A model generated the notes under the pieces. It ran no database searches. It was not told where the DNA came from and saw only the letters and a program-made list of their open reading frames with translations. Positions 39,675 to 49,873 of a DNA stretch of 59,055 bases are shown one piece after another. The DNA comes from Alphaproteobacteria bacterium (GTDB lineage: Bacteria > Pseudomonadota > Alphaproteobacteria > 16-39-46 > JAJRRM01). Position 1 is the stretch's first letter. Every line of letters starts with the position of its first letter. The translations under genes and the position numbers were made by a program. Location: the NCBI GenBank assembly GCA_024279475.1, contig JAJRRM010000033.1:1-59055 (forward strand), read 5' to 3'.

Positions 39675-40427
39675 ATGACGGGCAAAGAATCCGCGCCCAT
39701 CGTAGAATTTCAGCATGTTACTATGCGCTATGTGGAAGGGACTGATGTTTTTCGTCAAGTCTCCTTTTCTGTTGAGCCTAATTCTTTTCATTTCCTTACA
39801 GGCACCAGCGGTGTTGGAAAATCTACTCTACTTAAACTCATTCACTTAAGTGTTGTCCCTTTCACAGGGTCTGTGCGCTTATTTGGGCGAGATACTTATG
39901 ACATTGCTAGATGGGAACTACCCCTCTTAAGAAGTCGCGTTAGTCTCGTATTTCAAGATTTTCGCCTCATAGACCATATTAATATTTTAGATAATGTTGC
40001 CTTAGCTCTTTACTCTAGAGGCATTGATTTAAAAGAGTGCCGAAGTAAAGCAGCCGAGCTTCTAAGTTGGGTTGGCTTAGAAAACAGCTACTTTTTCTTT
40101 CCTCCTATGTTATCTGGAGGTGAGCAACAACGAGCAGCTATTGCTCGCGCTGTCATTTCTCGTCCTCAGTTGCTTTTAGCTGATGAACCAACTGGTAATG
40201 TTGACGACGAAAATGCTGAACGCATTATATATCTTTTTGAAGAACTTAATAAACGTGGAACTACCGTTATTGTCGCTACACACAATTTTGATTTAACAAA
40301 AAAGTATAATTTGCCAGAGTATTATCTAACAAATGAAGGTATGACATATAAGCCCGCAGTTCCTCTGAAAACTCCAAGCTCTCTAAGTTCTACATCAAGA
40401 TCTGTAAGCAGGAAATATACTCCATGA
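39675..40427 (+). CDS. ftsE: Cell division ATP-binding protein FtsE
   Basis: Walker A GTSGVGKST, LSGGEQQR, LLADEPTGN. It is followed by an overlapping ftsX (ATGA). It has a Ser-rich C-terminal tail. Confidence 0.85.
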   Translation: MTGKESAPIVEFQHVTMRYVEGTDVFRQVSFSVEPNSFHFLTGTSGVGKSTLLKLIHLSVVPFTGSVRLFGRDTYDIARWELPLLRSRVSLVFQDFRLIDHINILDNVALALYSRGIDLKECRSKAAELLSWVGLENSYFFFPPMLSGGEQQRAAIARAVISRPQLLLADEPTGNVDDENAERIIYLFEELNKRGTTVIVATHNFDLTKKYNLPEYYLTNEGMTYKPAVPLKTPSSLSSTSRSVSRKYTP

Positions 40428-41356
40428 CTCAACGCACTTTCTTTAATAATCTCCCCTCCACTATCCCTTTTGAGAGAGAAGATACAAACCGCTATGTTCC
40501 TTGGATAATAGCTTTTATTATGTATATAGCTCTTCTTGCAAGTTTTTCTGCATTAATACTCCTCACAGCACTAGACTACTGGCATCCTGGCTCAACAAAA
40601 ACATTTACACTTGCCATACCCTTCAAAAAAACCTCTAATTTAAATAAAATAACCCAGGAAGAATATACAGAAAATCGTATTAATAAGGTTATAAACATAA
40701 TTTCTGAAACCCCTAAAGTTGTACAAGTTTCTTTGTTATCTGAAGTAGAAATGCATCGATTGCTAAAACCTTGGTTTAGTAAAAAATTTAATGCTTATGA
40801 CGTTATGCTCCCATCTTTTCTTAGTATTAAAGTTAATACCAAAGATAAAGCTTTTTTCTCTCAGAAACTTCTCCTTTCTATTCGCACCATAGAACCAAAA
40901 GCCACTATTATAAAAATACTTTCTTGGCAGTCTATTATAGAAAAATGTGCCTTAAAGCTCCAATTATTTATAGCTGGTCTTCTTCTTCTTATTTTACTTG
41001 CAGCTGCTTGGACCATTACATTCACAACACGCACAAACATGCTAATGCAAAGAGATATAATAGAGCTCCTAACACTGCTTGGAGCTACAGATGATTTTAT
41101 AGCTACGCGCTATAAAAGAAAAGCTCTTTTAATTGCTTTTGAATCTCTAGCCAAGGCTCTTATAGGTCTTATACTTACAGTTGGTATTGTTTGGTGGATT
41201 ACCTATGAAGTTGATCAACAACTGTTTGGACGTATAATTTTGCATCTCCTTAATTGGAAGATTATTTTCTTGATATTAATACCTATTATAATTATATTTC
41301 TTATGATGAAGTCTGCAAAACGCTGTGTTTTTAATACTCTGGAAGAGCTTTTTTAA
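40424..41356 (+). CDS. ftsX: Cell division permease FtsX-like
   Basis: One TM segment, a periplasmic domain, then 3 TM segments. Translationally coupled to ftsE. Confidence 0.75.
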   Translation: MTQRTFFNNLPSTIPFEREDTNRYVPWIIAFIMYIALLASFSALILLTALDYWHPGSTKTFTLAIPFKKTSNLNKITQEEYTENRINKVINIISETPKVVQVSLLSEVEMHRLLKPWFSKKFNAYDVMLPSFLSIKVNTKDKAFFSQKLLLSIRTIEPKATIIKILSWQSIIEKCALKLQLFIAGLLLLILLAAAWTITFTTRTNMLMQRDIIELLTLLGATDDFIATRYKRKALLIAFESLAKALIGLILTVGIVWWITYEVDQQLFGRIILHLLNWKIIFLILIPIIIIFLMMKSAKRCVFNTLEELF

Positions 41357-41360
41357 ATCT

Positions 41361-41912
41361 ATGGAAAAAATTATTATTCTTGATCGTGATGGTGTAATTA
41401 ATAAATCATCTGGATGGATCCTAAAACCAGAAGAAATTATTTTAGAAGAAGGGGCAGGTCAAGCTCTTTCTGCCTTAAACGCTTCTGGTATAAAAGTCGT
41501 TGTTGCTACAAATCAATCTCCTGTTGGACGCGGACTTATATCAGAAGCTGTTCTTTATGCTATTCATGAAAAATTAAAAAATGATTTAAAAATACACCAT
41601 AATGCTCATATAGATGCTATTTATTTTTGCCCCGATCACCCTGATAATCCTACAAATAGAAGAAAGCCAGGTAATGGTATGTTACTAGAAGCTCTAGCAG
41701 ATTTTGGTGTAAACCCTATTGATACACCTTTTGTTGGTGATAATATAATAGATGTACAAGCAGCCCATACAACAGGATGTCCTTCTCATTTTGTTTTAAC
41801 AGGACATGGAAGATCTCTCCAAACAACTGTGAAAGAAAAATTTCCTCAAGTAGTTGTTCATAAAAATCTTTTTCATGCTGTAGAGTGGCTTTTGGAGAAT
41901 CATTTTGCTTAG
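41361..41912 (+). CDS. gmhB: D-glycero-beta-D-manno-heptose 1,7-bisphosphate 7-phosphatase (HAD-IIIA)
   Basis: LDRDGVIN (HAD motif I), TNQS, CPDHP...RKP, and GD..ID. I chose the ATG at 41361 (MEKIIILDRDG). The ORF track start at 41325 overlaps ftsX. Confidence 0.8.
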   Translation: MEKIIILDRDGVINKSSGWILKPEEIILEEGAGQALSALNASGIKVVVATNQSPVGRGLISEAVLYAIHEKLKNDLKIHHNAHIDAIYFCPDHPDNPTNRRKPGNGMLLEALADFGVNPIDTPFVGDNIIDVQAAHTTGCPSHFVLTGHGRSLQTTVKEKFPQVVVHKNLFHAVEWLLENHFA

Positions 41913-42507
41913 AATATGTCGCTGGATCTTTATTTTTTTTCTTTCAGGATTAGTACTCTTAGCACTTAGCTTTTGTATTTTTTTCTACCATGTGCACTCT
42001 CTTGATCCTCCCAATGAAGAAAATTTTTCTCTAAAGCATATATCTACAGCTATAGTTTTCACAGGTTCTTCTGATCGTATTGACGCAGCTATAAACCTTC
42101 TAGAAAAAGGGCATATCAAACAAATTTTTATCTCTGGCGTAGGCCATTCTGTCCGCTCGAAAGACCTAGCCTACTTTCACAAAATTAACAAACCAAACCA
42201 ACATGTTATACATTTAGGACACAAAGCCTCCAATACAATTGAAAATGTTTTTGAAACAAAGGATTGGTTAAAAAAAAATAATGTTTCAACTTTTTATCTT
42301 ATAACTTCTTACTATCATATACCACGCTGTCTTACTCTTATTAAATCTAATCTCCCAGAAACTGCTGTTCTTTCTCACCCTATTTATCCTTCTCATAAAC
42401 CTGAAACACTTGGCCAATGGTTTTGTAAAGTCCGAATTATTTTTTTTGAATATTTAAAGTATCTATATACTTTATTTCAATTCTTGCATAAAGAGTATTT
42501 ATCATGA
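41905..42507 (+). CDS. DUF218 (YdcF/ElyC-like) domain membrane protein
   Basis: N-terminal TM segment, then IVFTGSSDRI...SGVG...T.EN and SYYHIPR. The start is a non-ATG codon (TTG) and uncertain. Confidence 0.65.
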   Translation: MLRICRWIFIFFLSGLVLLALSFCIFFYHVHSLDPPNEENFSLKHISTAIVFTGSSDRIDAAINLLEKGHIKQIFISGVGHSVRSKDLAYFHKINKPNQHVIHLGHKASNTIENVFETKDWLKKNNVSTFYLITSYYHIPRCLTLIKSNLPETAVLSHPIYPSHKPETLGQWFCKVRIIFFEYLKYLYTLFQFLHKEYLS

Positions 42508-43229
42508 TCCTTCTTCGCTCTATTTTCTTTAATTTTTTCTTATTTCTATGGACTTGGCTCTGCACTTTCTTTACCTTGCCTTCTCTTGCCATGCCTAAAA
42601 TTGTTCCTCTTTGGATCGCAAAAGTTTGGTCTAAAGGCTGTATTTTAGGTCTTAAATACATTATTGGTGTAAAGTTTAGTATTAAAGGCTTTGAAAAATT
42701 ACCCAAAGAAGCTATCATTATAGCCTCAAAACATCAATCTACCCTTGAAACAATCCTTCTAGTGGGAAAAATTTCATCTCCTGTTTTTATATTAAAACAA
42801 CAGTTACTCTATATTCCCCTTTTTGGATTATTTCTGAAAAAACTTGGCATGATTGCTGTGCGAAATACCAAGGGAAATATTATGAAAAAACTTATTCCTC
42901 TTGTAGAAACTACATTTAAAAATAATCAACAACTTATCATCTTTCCAGAAGGTTCTAGAACACTGCCTGGACATACCACTAAATATAGAAAAGGTCTTTC
43001 TAAAATTCATATGGCTTTTCCTGATATACCTATTTATCCTATAGCCTTAAATACAGGTGAAATCTGGCCACGAAAAAGTTTCTTAAAATACCCAGGCACC
43101 TGCCATATTGAAATACTTGCCCCTATTTCAAAGAGTCAATCCGGAGAAAAATTATTAGATACGCTTAAAAACCATATTGAAAAAAGAAGCCTAAACTTAT
43201 TAGAAAAAAAATACCCTCCCTCTATCTAA
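42504..43229 (+). CDS. plsC: 1-acyl-sn-glycerol-3-phosphate acyltransferase
   Basis: ASKHQSTLE (an HX4D-type box with E in place of D) and FPEGSRT. ATGA overlap with the upstream gene. Confidence 0.8.
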   Translation: MILLRSIFFNFFLFLWTWLCTFFTLPSLAMPKIVPLWIAKVWSKGCILGLKYIIGVKFSIKGFEKLPKEAIIIASKHQSTLETILLVGKISSPVFILKQQLLYIPLFGLFLKKLGMIAVRNTKGNIMKKLIPLVETTFKNNQQLIIFPEGSRTLPGHTTKYRKGLSKIHMAFPDIPIYPIALNTGEIWPRKSFLKYPGTCHIEILAPISKSQSGEKLLDTLKNHIEKRSLNLLEKKYPPSI

Positions 43230-43919
43230 TAGAGAGCAGGATACTCTACTATATTTATACTACTGAATAGCTTTCTCTTTGGTTATGAAGACTTCATTCC
43301 TGCTACTCAGGATAATAATTCCGAGAGAAACTTCATAAAAAGCATTTTCTGAAATTTCCCCTATCTTTCAAGATTTATATCAATAATGTTCCTCTTTTTC
43401 TTCTACTCTTCTTCTCAGTGATGGAAATTCAAAGAGCTTAAAAGTAGTAGGCCTCATCTGCTCTTCATCAGCTGCTTCTTCTGTTGAAGCTCTCCGTACT
43501 AATGGAACCGCTTTTTCATCTGTACTGCAATATGTAAACTTCCTTCTGCACTTGTGCCACGCAAATGATCCATATCAATTGATGTTTGAGCATTCTCTTT
43601 GTCTTCTCTAACCGAAAAACTACACTTCTAGACTCTTGATCATATAAGTTTTCTTATTATGTTGCAAGTTAAGAGATGTTTATCCAGCTTTAGTTTTTAA
43701 CAAAAAAATGAACCTCTGAACGAAAGTGCCCCTTTTTTCTATATAGCTATTTTTATACTTTGGCGATCATATAATATTTATGTTGGTACTTTGATGATCT
43801 GCTAAGTTATTAAAACTTAACTAAGATCACAAAAAATTACGGCTCTTAAGTACTTCAACATTAAGTTCCCAACTTTCAGAAAACATACGTAAAAAATGTG
43901 GTCTGTGGATTAAACTTAT

Positions 43920-44384
43920 TTATTCAGAGGGAACTGTACTCTCTGTAGCCAATACCTTATTTTCTTTAGAAATCTTCTTCTCTTCTTCTAGAATTCTAGC
44001 CTTTTTCGCTTTTTTTGATTCAAAAGATGTATCACGTTTTTCTTTAATACGAGTTGCTTTACCTGTAAGATCACGCAAATAATACAATTTTGCCCGACGA
44101 ACCACACCACGACGCACAACTTCAATTTTTGTTAGAGGAGAGTAAAGTGGAAATACACGTTCTACACCTTCTCCAGAAGAAATCTTACGCACAGTGAAGG
44201 CAGACCCTAAGCCTGCATTTTTACGCGCAATACAAACACCCTCATAAGCCTGCTTGCGCTTACGTTCACCCTCAATAACTGTTACGAGAACACGCAGTGT
44301 GTCACCTGGTCCAAACGTTGGTATAGGGTTAGCCATCGTTAGACGTTCAATTTCTTTTTGTTCGTATCTACTAATGCTATTCAT
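43920..44384 (-). CDS. rplS: 50S ribosomal protein L19 with a K/E-rich C-terminal tail
   Basis: FGPGDTLRV...[37 protein letters not shown]. Start at 44384 (GGAA SD), downstream of the trmD stop. The ORF track start at 44465 overlaps trmD. Confidence 0.95.
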   Translation of the reverse strand: MNSISRYEQKEIERLTMANPIPTFGPGDTLRVLVTVIEGERKRKQAYEGVCIARKNAGLGSAFTVRKISSGEGVERVFPLYSPLTKIEVVRRGVVRRAKLYYLRDLTGKATRIKEKRDTSFESKKAKKARILEEEKKISKENKVLATESTVPSE

Positions 44385-44421
44385 TTTAATTTCCTCATTT
44401 CCTAGTTCTTTGAGATATACT

Positions 44422-45153
44422 CTATTTCCTGGGTAAATTTCCAGTACTATTTTGTTTCTCGACATATTTTTCCCATAAATCGGGTCTTTTTTCTCGCGTT
44501 ATCTTCTCAGACTCTCCTTGCCGCCAAACAGAAATATTTTTATGATGACCGGAAGTTAACACGTCTGGTACCTTTTGTCCACGCCAAATTTGAGGCCTTG
44601 TATAATGTGGATGCTCTAATAAAGAGTTTTGAAAACTATCCTTCTGCAAAGATTCTTCATCCCCTACAACACCTGGTAGCCAACGAATACATGCCTCTAG
44701 TAATGCCATAGCAGCTACTTCTCCGCCACATAAAACATAGTCACCAATAGAGATTTCTTCTATGTTCCTTTCGTCAATGACTCGCTGATCAATTCCCTCA
44801 TACCTCCCACATATAAGTGTAACACCTGGAGATTTTGCTAAATCTTCAACTAACACCTGATCCAATAGTCTACCTTTTGGTGATAAATATATACGACGAT
44901 TACCTGGACAAATTCTTTCTGCCTTTTCTAGAGCGGCATCCACTACATCAGGTCGAATCAACATACCTGCACCTCCACCAAATAGTATATCATCTACTGT
45001 TCCATGCTTATCAATAGAAAAATCACGCAACTGAATAGTGGATAAATGCCATAAGTCTTTTTTTAAAGCTTTTCCTATAATAGACATCCCTAAAGGACCT
45101 GGAAAAGATTCTGGAAACAAAGACAATATACACGCTTTCCAAGGATTATTCAC
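44422..45153 (-). CDS. trmD: tRNA (guanine37-N1)-methyltransferase
   Basis: [36 protein letters not shown] and GGEVAAM motifs. Confidence 0.95.
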   Translation of the reverse strand: MNNPWKACILSLFPESFPGPLGMSIIGKALKKDLWHLSTIQLRDFSIDKHGTVDDILFGGGAGMLIRPDVVDAALEKAERICPGNRRIYLSPKGRLLDQVLVEDLAKSPGVTLICGRYEGIDQRVIDERNIEEISIGDYVLCGGEVAAMALLEACIRWLPGVVGDEESLQKDSFQNSLLEHPHYTRPQIWRGQKVPDVLTSGHHKNISVWRQGESEKITREKRPDLWEKYVEKQNSTGNLPRK

Positions 45154-45156
45154 CTT

Positions 45157-45693
45157 TTAAACATCCTCTTTTTCATTCTTCCAGGCTGTAAGAATGAAGT
45201 CTGGATTCACTACTAAATAACCCTTTTTTACAAAAATTTCTGGCACAGCTTCTTTGCTAAAAGGAGCTGTGAATATCTTTCTATCTGGGGTTATACCTTC
45301 AAAATAAGTACCCGCTCCTGAGTCTTGCATAGACTTTACAGTTCCTATATCTTCTCCTTCTATAGTTCGAATGGTTAACCCTTCCAAATCAACAAAATAA
45401 AACTCATCTTCTTTTTCATCATCAAAAGCTTCTCGCTCTGCATACAACTCTGTTTGGCGTAATAAAGCAGCAGCATCCCTATCATTAACCCCCTCTAAAT
45501 GCGCAACAATACCTTTTTCTATTACCCTTTTTAGTTTAAAAGAAAAAACTCTCTTCTTATTACGGTCATAAAGTGGTGCATAATCTAGCAAGTCCGATGG
45601 ATTTTGCGTGAAAGATTTTATTATTACGTCCCCATGCACACCATGGACACTACTAATAACTCCTACACAGATAAGAGAGTTTTTTAAAGGCAT
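45157..45693 (-). CDS. rimM: 16S rRNA processing protein RimM
   Basis: VGVISSVHGVHGDVIIKSFT and the PRC-barrel C-terminus. I chose the start at 45693 (MPLKNSLI). The longer ORF to 45762 overlaps rpsP. Confidence 0.85.
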   Translation of the reverse strand: MPLKNSLICVGVISSVHGVHGDVIIKSFTQNPSDLLDYAPLYDRNKKRVFSFKLKRVIEKGIVAHLEGVNDRDAAALLRQTELYAEREAFDDEKEDEFYFVDLEGLTIRTIEGEDIGTVKSMQDSGAGTYFEGITPDRKIFTAPFSKEAVPEIFVKKGYLVVNPDFILTAWKNEKEDV

Positions 45694-45736
45694 ATCACTC
45701 TTTCCTAAAAGAGCCCTCAAATGGGCTTCTTTACGA

Positions 45737-46210
45737 TTATAAAGCTGGTTTTTCAGCTTCATTAGAGGTTTCTACTGTAACCTCTTCTGTTATTTTCTCT
45801 AAAGCTTCTTCCTCTACTGGAGTGGGTGCTTCAGCTGAAATTTTTGCCTCCTTTTTTGCAGCAATTTTAGCAGCTTCTTCCTCTTTTTTTTCCTTTAACC
45901 GCTCTTGAGCTTTTGCTTTTGGTTGCGATTTTTTTGGCTTGTCACTTATTTTTGGCATATCAATAATTTTTGCTTCTCCCAAGAAGCGCGCAACACGGTC
46001 TGTTGGTAAAGAACCTACAGAAAGCCAGTATTGAATGCGTTCTATATTAAGTTTTACACGCTCTTTGCTCTCACGTGGAAGAAGCGGATTATACGTACCA
46101 AGTTTTTCAATGAAACGACCATCTCTTGGAGCTGTCGCTTCTGCTACAACAACACGATAAAATGGACGTTTTTTTGAACCACCACGTGCTAAACGAATTT
46201 TTAAAGCCAT
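45737..46210 (-). CDS. rpsP: 30S ribosomal protein S16 with a long K/E/A-rich C-terminal extension
   Basis: [42 protein letters not shown]. 157 aa, of which about the first 80 are the S16 fold. Confidence 0.95.
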   Translation of the reverse strand: MALKIRLARGGSKKRPFYRVVVAEATAPRDGRFIEKLGTYNPLLPRESKERVKLNIERIQYWLSVGSLPTDRVARFLGEAKIIDMPKISDKPKKSQPKAKAQERLKEKKEEEAAKIAAKKEAKISAEAPTPVEEEALEKITEEVTVETSNEAEKPAL

Positions 46211-46245
46211 AATATATTCCTTTCTAAGTTTTTAATTAACAACTC

Positions 46246-47598
46246 TTATCTGGGCATAAGCCCAGATATTCCTTGACGCAACAAACCTTTCTTGCCGAGT
46301 TTCTTAAATTTTTTCATCATTGTACTCATATCTTTCCACTGCTTTAATAACTTATTAACATCTTGCACAGACCTACCAGACCCTTTTGCTATGCGTCGTT
46401 TTCGCGATGCGTTTAATAAAGCTGGTTTTCTCTTCTCTTTTTGTGTCATGGACTGGATCATAGCCACCTGGTGGTTAATAGATTTATCATCAAATCCAGC
46501 CTGATCAAGTTTATTTTTTATTTTCCCCATACCAGGCATCATTCCCATAAGAGACTTCATCCCCCCCATTTTATTCATCTGCATGATTTGAGATTGCATA
46601 TCACTTAAGTCAAATTTCCCTTCCTCCATGCGTTTTGAAATCTTTTCTGTCTCTTCTTCTGAGATAGATTGTGAAGCTTTTTCAACCAAAGTTACAATAT
46701 CACCCATGTCCAAGATACGATTGGCTATACGCTCAGCATGAAAAGCTTCTAGCTGGTCCATTTTTTCACCAACACCAATAAACTTGATGGGAACGCCAGC
46801 CACCATACGCATAGAAAATGCTGCTCCTCCACGTGCATCACCATCCATACGGCTTAAAATAAGACCTGTAACCCCCACAGATTCTTGAAAAACCTTAGCC
46901 ACTTGTGCTGCATCTTGGCCTGTCATAGCATCTGCAACTAAAAGAGTTTCTTGTGGATTTACCTCTTTTTTTACTTGAGCTACTTCACCCATGAGTTTAT
47001 CATCAATGTGAAGACGACCGGCTGTATCTAGTAAAAGGATGTCATATCCCTTAAGTTTTGCTTCTTTTAAAGCACGCTTAGAAATGTCTTCAGGGGTTTT
47101 TCCTTTATCTAGAGGAAACGTATCAACAGCAATTTGCTCACCCAATACACGCAACTGTTCTCTAGCGGCAGGGCGCTGAACATCCAAAGATGCCATCATC
47201 ACCTGTTTATTTTTTTTGTCTTTTAAAAATTTAGCAAGTTTTGCACAAGTCGTTGTTTTACCTGCACCTTGAAGCCCCACCAACATAATAACGACTGGAG
47301 CCCGTGCTGCTAAATCAAGCTCAGCAGGTTTATCACCACCCAAAGCTTCTACAAGGGCATCATGAACAATTTTAACAACCATTTGCCCTGGCGTGACACT
47401 TCTAATAACTTCTTCGCCTAATGCTTTTTCTTTTACATTTTTTGAAAACTCACGAACAACAGGCAAAGCCACATCAGCTTCAAGCAAAGCAACTCGTATT
47501 TCACGTAAAGCAGCATCTACGTCTTTATCAGAAAGTGTACCGCGTTTGCGCAGCTTATCAAAAACACCATTTAACTTTTCGCTCAAACTATTGAACAT
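46246..47598 (-). CDS. ffh: Signal recognition particle protein Ffh
   Basis: GLQGAGKTTT, DTAGR, and a Met-rich M domain (MNKMGGMKSLMGMMPGMG). Confidence 0.95.
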   Translation of the reverse strand: MFNSLSEKLNGVFDKLRKRGTLSDKDVDAALREIRVALLEADVALPVVREFSKNVKEKALGEEVIRSVTPGQMVVKIVHDALVEALGGDKPAELDLAARAPVVIMLVGLQGAGKTTTCAKLAKFLKDKKNKQVMMASLDVQRPAAREQLRVLGEQIAVDTFPLDKGKTPEDISKRALKEAKLKGYDILLLDTAGRLHIDDKLMGEVAQVKKEVNPQETLLVADAMTGQDAAQVAKVFQESVGVTGLILSRMDGDARGGAAFSMRMVAGVPIKFIGVGEKMDQLEAFHAERIANRILDMGDIVTLVEKASQSISEEETEKISKRMEEGKFDLSDMQSQIMQMNKMGGMKSLMGMMPGMGKIKNKLDQAGFDDKSINHQVAMIQSMTQKEKRKPALLNASRKRRIAKGSGRSVQDVNKLLKQWKDMSTMMKKFKKLGKKGLLRQGISGLMPR

Positions 47599-47820
47599 TT
47601 ATTGTCTTTTCTACTTGTACTATTTTCACTTCCGAAGAATGAGTGCCACATAACAAAAACGACCCGCGCACGAATCCTCGTGGACGAACCTTGTCATAAA
47701 TAATATCTATACTTATTAGCTACCTCACTCTACATACTCTATTTTTAAATTGCAACAATTAAAATTCCCTTCTAAACTACCAGAACTAATAATAACTATT
47801 AAGTTAGAAATGAGATATTA

Positions 47821-49632
47821 ATGCTCCAAAACAAACAACATCAAAAACCTCTCTCTATACATAATCTAGATATTACAAATATAAAGCCATCAGAAAAAAT
47901 ATACAGCCAATCCTGGTTGTCTCTAAAAAGCTATGTTGCACCCTACTCAAAAAATCTTGTATTCTTAAGCTTATCCATCATTGCAGCCTCCATAGCTGTC
48001 CTAAGCATGGGACAGACTATTTCATTTTTAATTAACAAATCTTTTGGTGAAAGCACCCTTTTTTACCTTAACATCAGTCTTGCTGTTCTTTTAGGGCTTG
48101 TTGTTATTCTGTCTATGGGTAGTTTCTCCCGAGTATATATTTCATCTCTACTTAGCGAGCGTATTTGCTTAGATATAAAAGCTAAGGTTATGAAACATCT
48201 TCTTTATCTAAACAGTGATTTTCATGACAACCACCCACCTGGAAAATTAGTCAGTCAATTTAGCCATGACCTTACCCTCCTTCAACTACTACTCAACACT
48301 TCCCTTCCTATTTCCTTTCGAAATATTTTACTAGCCTTAGGTGGCCTTGGTATGATGTTCTATACTAACTGGTATCTCTCTATAACTGTTATTATTATAG
48401 CGCCCTTAATTGTAGGCTTTCTTCTTTTTTTTGGACGACGTATTCGTATCTATTCGAAAAAAGTACAAGAAGCCCATGCAAATGCACACACTTTGGCTAA
48501 TAATTTTCTTGGTCATATAAAGCTTTCCCAAGCCTATAACCATGAACCCCTAGATATACAAAACTATATCAAAAGTTTAAGTAATATTTATAAAAAAACA
48601 AAAAAGCACGCCTTTTATCGCTCCCTTTTAGTAGTTCTTGTTATGCTTTGTGTCTTTAGTACCTCTGCTTTTCTTTTGTGGCTGGGAGGAAAACAAGTTA
48701 TTTCAGATAATCTATCTATTGGTGCACTGACATCTTTTATCTTCTATGCTTTCCTAACAGCAGGATCCGCTGGTGCTTTAAGTGAAACTTTCGCTGATAT
48801 TCAAAAAGGACTGAGTGCCATAGATCGCCTGAATCATTTGCTAGCTCAAAATTCCTCTTCTTTTAGCTCAAAATGTTCTGCTTCTATTTCATTTCCTATT
48901 ACATCTCTCAACTTCTCTAATATAAACTTTTCCTACCCTACACAGCCAGAAGTGTCTGTTTTTCAAGACTTCACTCTGGATTTAAGCCTTCCTAGAAAGA
49001 TTGCCATTGTAGGACCCAGTGGCACTGGAAAAAGCACCCTCTTCCAGCTTCTTCTTCGTTTTTACCCTCTTAAGTCAGGATCTATCACTGTTAACAAAGT
49101 ATCTATTGATACACTTTCTTTAGAATATTGGCGCCAGCAACTATCCTGGGTTCCACAAGAAACACACTTCCACAACACAACTATTCAGCAACTTCTACGA
49201 TTTGGGAAGCCTCAAGCCAGTGTAGAGGAGCTTTGGGATGTATTGAAAAAAGCTCATCTCTATACTTTTATTAAAAAACTCCCAAAAGGACTGAAAACAC
49301 CTGTAGGTGAGCAAGGACTGAACTTTTCAGCTGGGCAACGTCAACGTCTTAATCTTGCCCGTGCACTACTTAAAAATGCCCCTATCCTTCTTCTAGACGA
49401 GGCTACCAGTTCTCTTGATGCTCCAAATCAAAAACTTATTCAGGAAACACTGAGTCAATTTAAAAATAAAACTATGCTGATAATTGCTCATAGGCTTTCC
49501 ACTGTGCGCTTTGCCAATGAGATTATTGTTCTAGATAAGGGAAGGGTCATTGATCGTGGTACACATCTTACTTTATTAAAGAGATGTCCTCTCTATAAAA
49601 ACCTCTGTTCTGAGGAATTATTAGATAGCTAA
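47821..49632 (+). CDS. ABC exporter, fused permease/ATPase (type I, MsbA-like architecture)
   Basis: N-terminal region with six TM segments. Walker A GPSGTGKST, signature FSAGQRQR, Walker B LLLDEATSSLD. Substrate unknown. Confidence 0.85.
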   Translation: MLQNKQHQKPLSIHNLDITNIKPSEKIYSQSWLSLKSYVAPYSKNLVFLSLSIIAASIAVLSMGQTISFLINKSFGESTLFYLNISLAVLLGLVVILSMGSFSRVYISSLLSERICLDIKAKVMKHLLYLNSDFHDNHPPGKLVSQFSHDLTLLQLLLNTSLPISFRNILLALGGLGMMFYTNWYLSITVIIIAPLIVGFLLFFGRRIRIYSKKVQEAHANAHTLANNFLGHIKLSQAYNHEPLDIQNYIKSLSNIYKKTKKHAFYRSLLVVLVMLCVFSTSAFLLWLGGKQVISDNLSIGALTSFIFYAFLTAGSAGALSETFADIQKGLSAIDRLNHLLAQNSSSFSSKCSASISFPITSLNFSNINFSYPTQPEVSVFQDFTLDLSLPRKIAIVGPSGTGKSTLFQLLLRFYPLKSGSITVNKVSIDTLSLEYWRQQLSWVPQETHFHNTTIQQLLRFGKPQASVEELWDVLKKAHLYTFIKKLPKGLKTPVGEQGLNFSAGQRQRLNLARALLKNAPILLLDEATSSLDAPNQKLIQETLSQFKNKTMLIIAHRLSTVRFANEIIVLDKGRVIDRGTHLTLLKRCPLYKNLCSEELLDS

Positions 49633-49873
49633 ATATAGTTAAATTTTTATTATTAATCATTTAACTTGAATACAGTTCTCCTGAAGAGTATGAGCTGTTG
49701 CTTTTATAAATATTCTAATATTAGTCTCTGTAGGATTTAAATCTGGATAATAGAGAGAGAGATAAAAATTAGCAGCCAGCTGCTTATATTAGCTTTTAAA
49801 ACCCAGGCACACTTATTTATCTCCCGATAATATTTAGTTTTTTTATGACTAAATCCCTGCAGATCTATATAAA

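Noticed and set aside
43469-43495. GAAGAAGCAGCTG (minus strand), reminiscent of the SRP RNA domain IV GGAAGCAGC motif, near ffh
   Set aside because: There is no GNRA (GGAA) tetraloop, no symmetric-loop context and no surrounding helix 8 pairing. The region reads better as decayed coding sequence.
43680-43912. Two near-matches to the DnaA box (TTATCCAGC at 43680, TGTGGATTA at 43904)
   Set aside because: Each has one or two mismatches, there is no cluster and no adjacent AT-rich unwinding repeats, and the location is not near typical alphaproteobacterial oriC neighbours.
47661-47690. CGAATCC segment considered as a tRNA T-loop or tRNA/tmRNA fragment
   Set aside because: The flanking bases do not form a 5-bp T-stem or an acceptor stem. 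Only a 5-bp CACGA/TCGTG hairpin with a 4-nt loop is possible.
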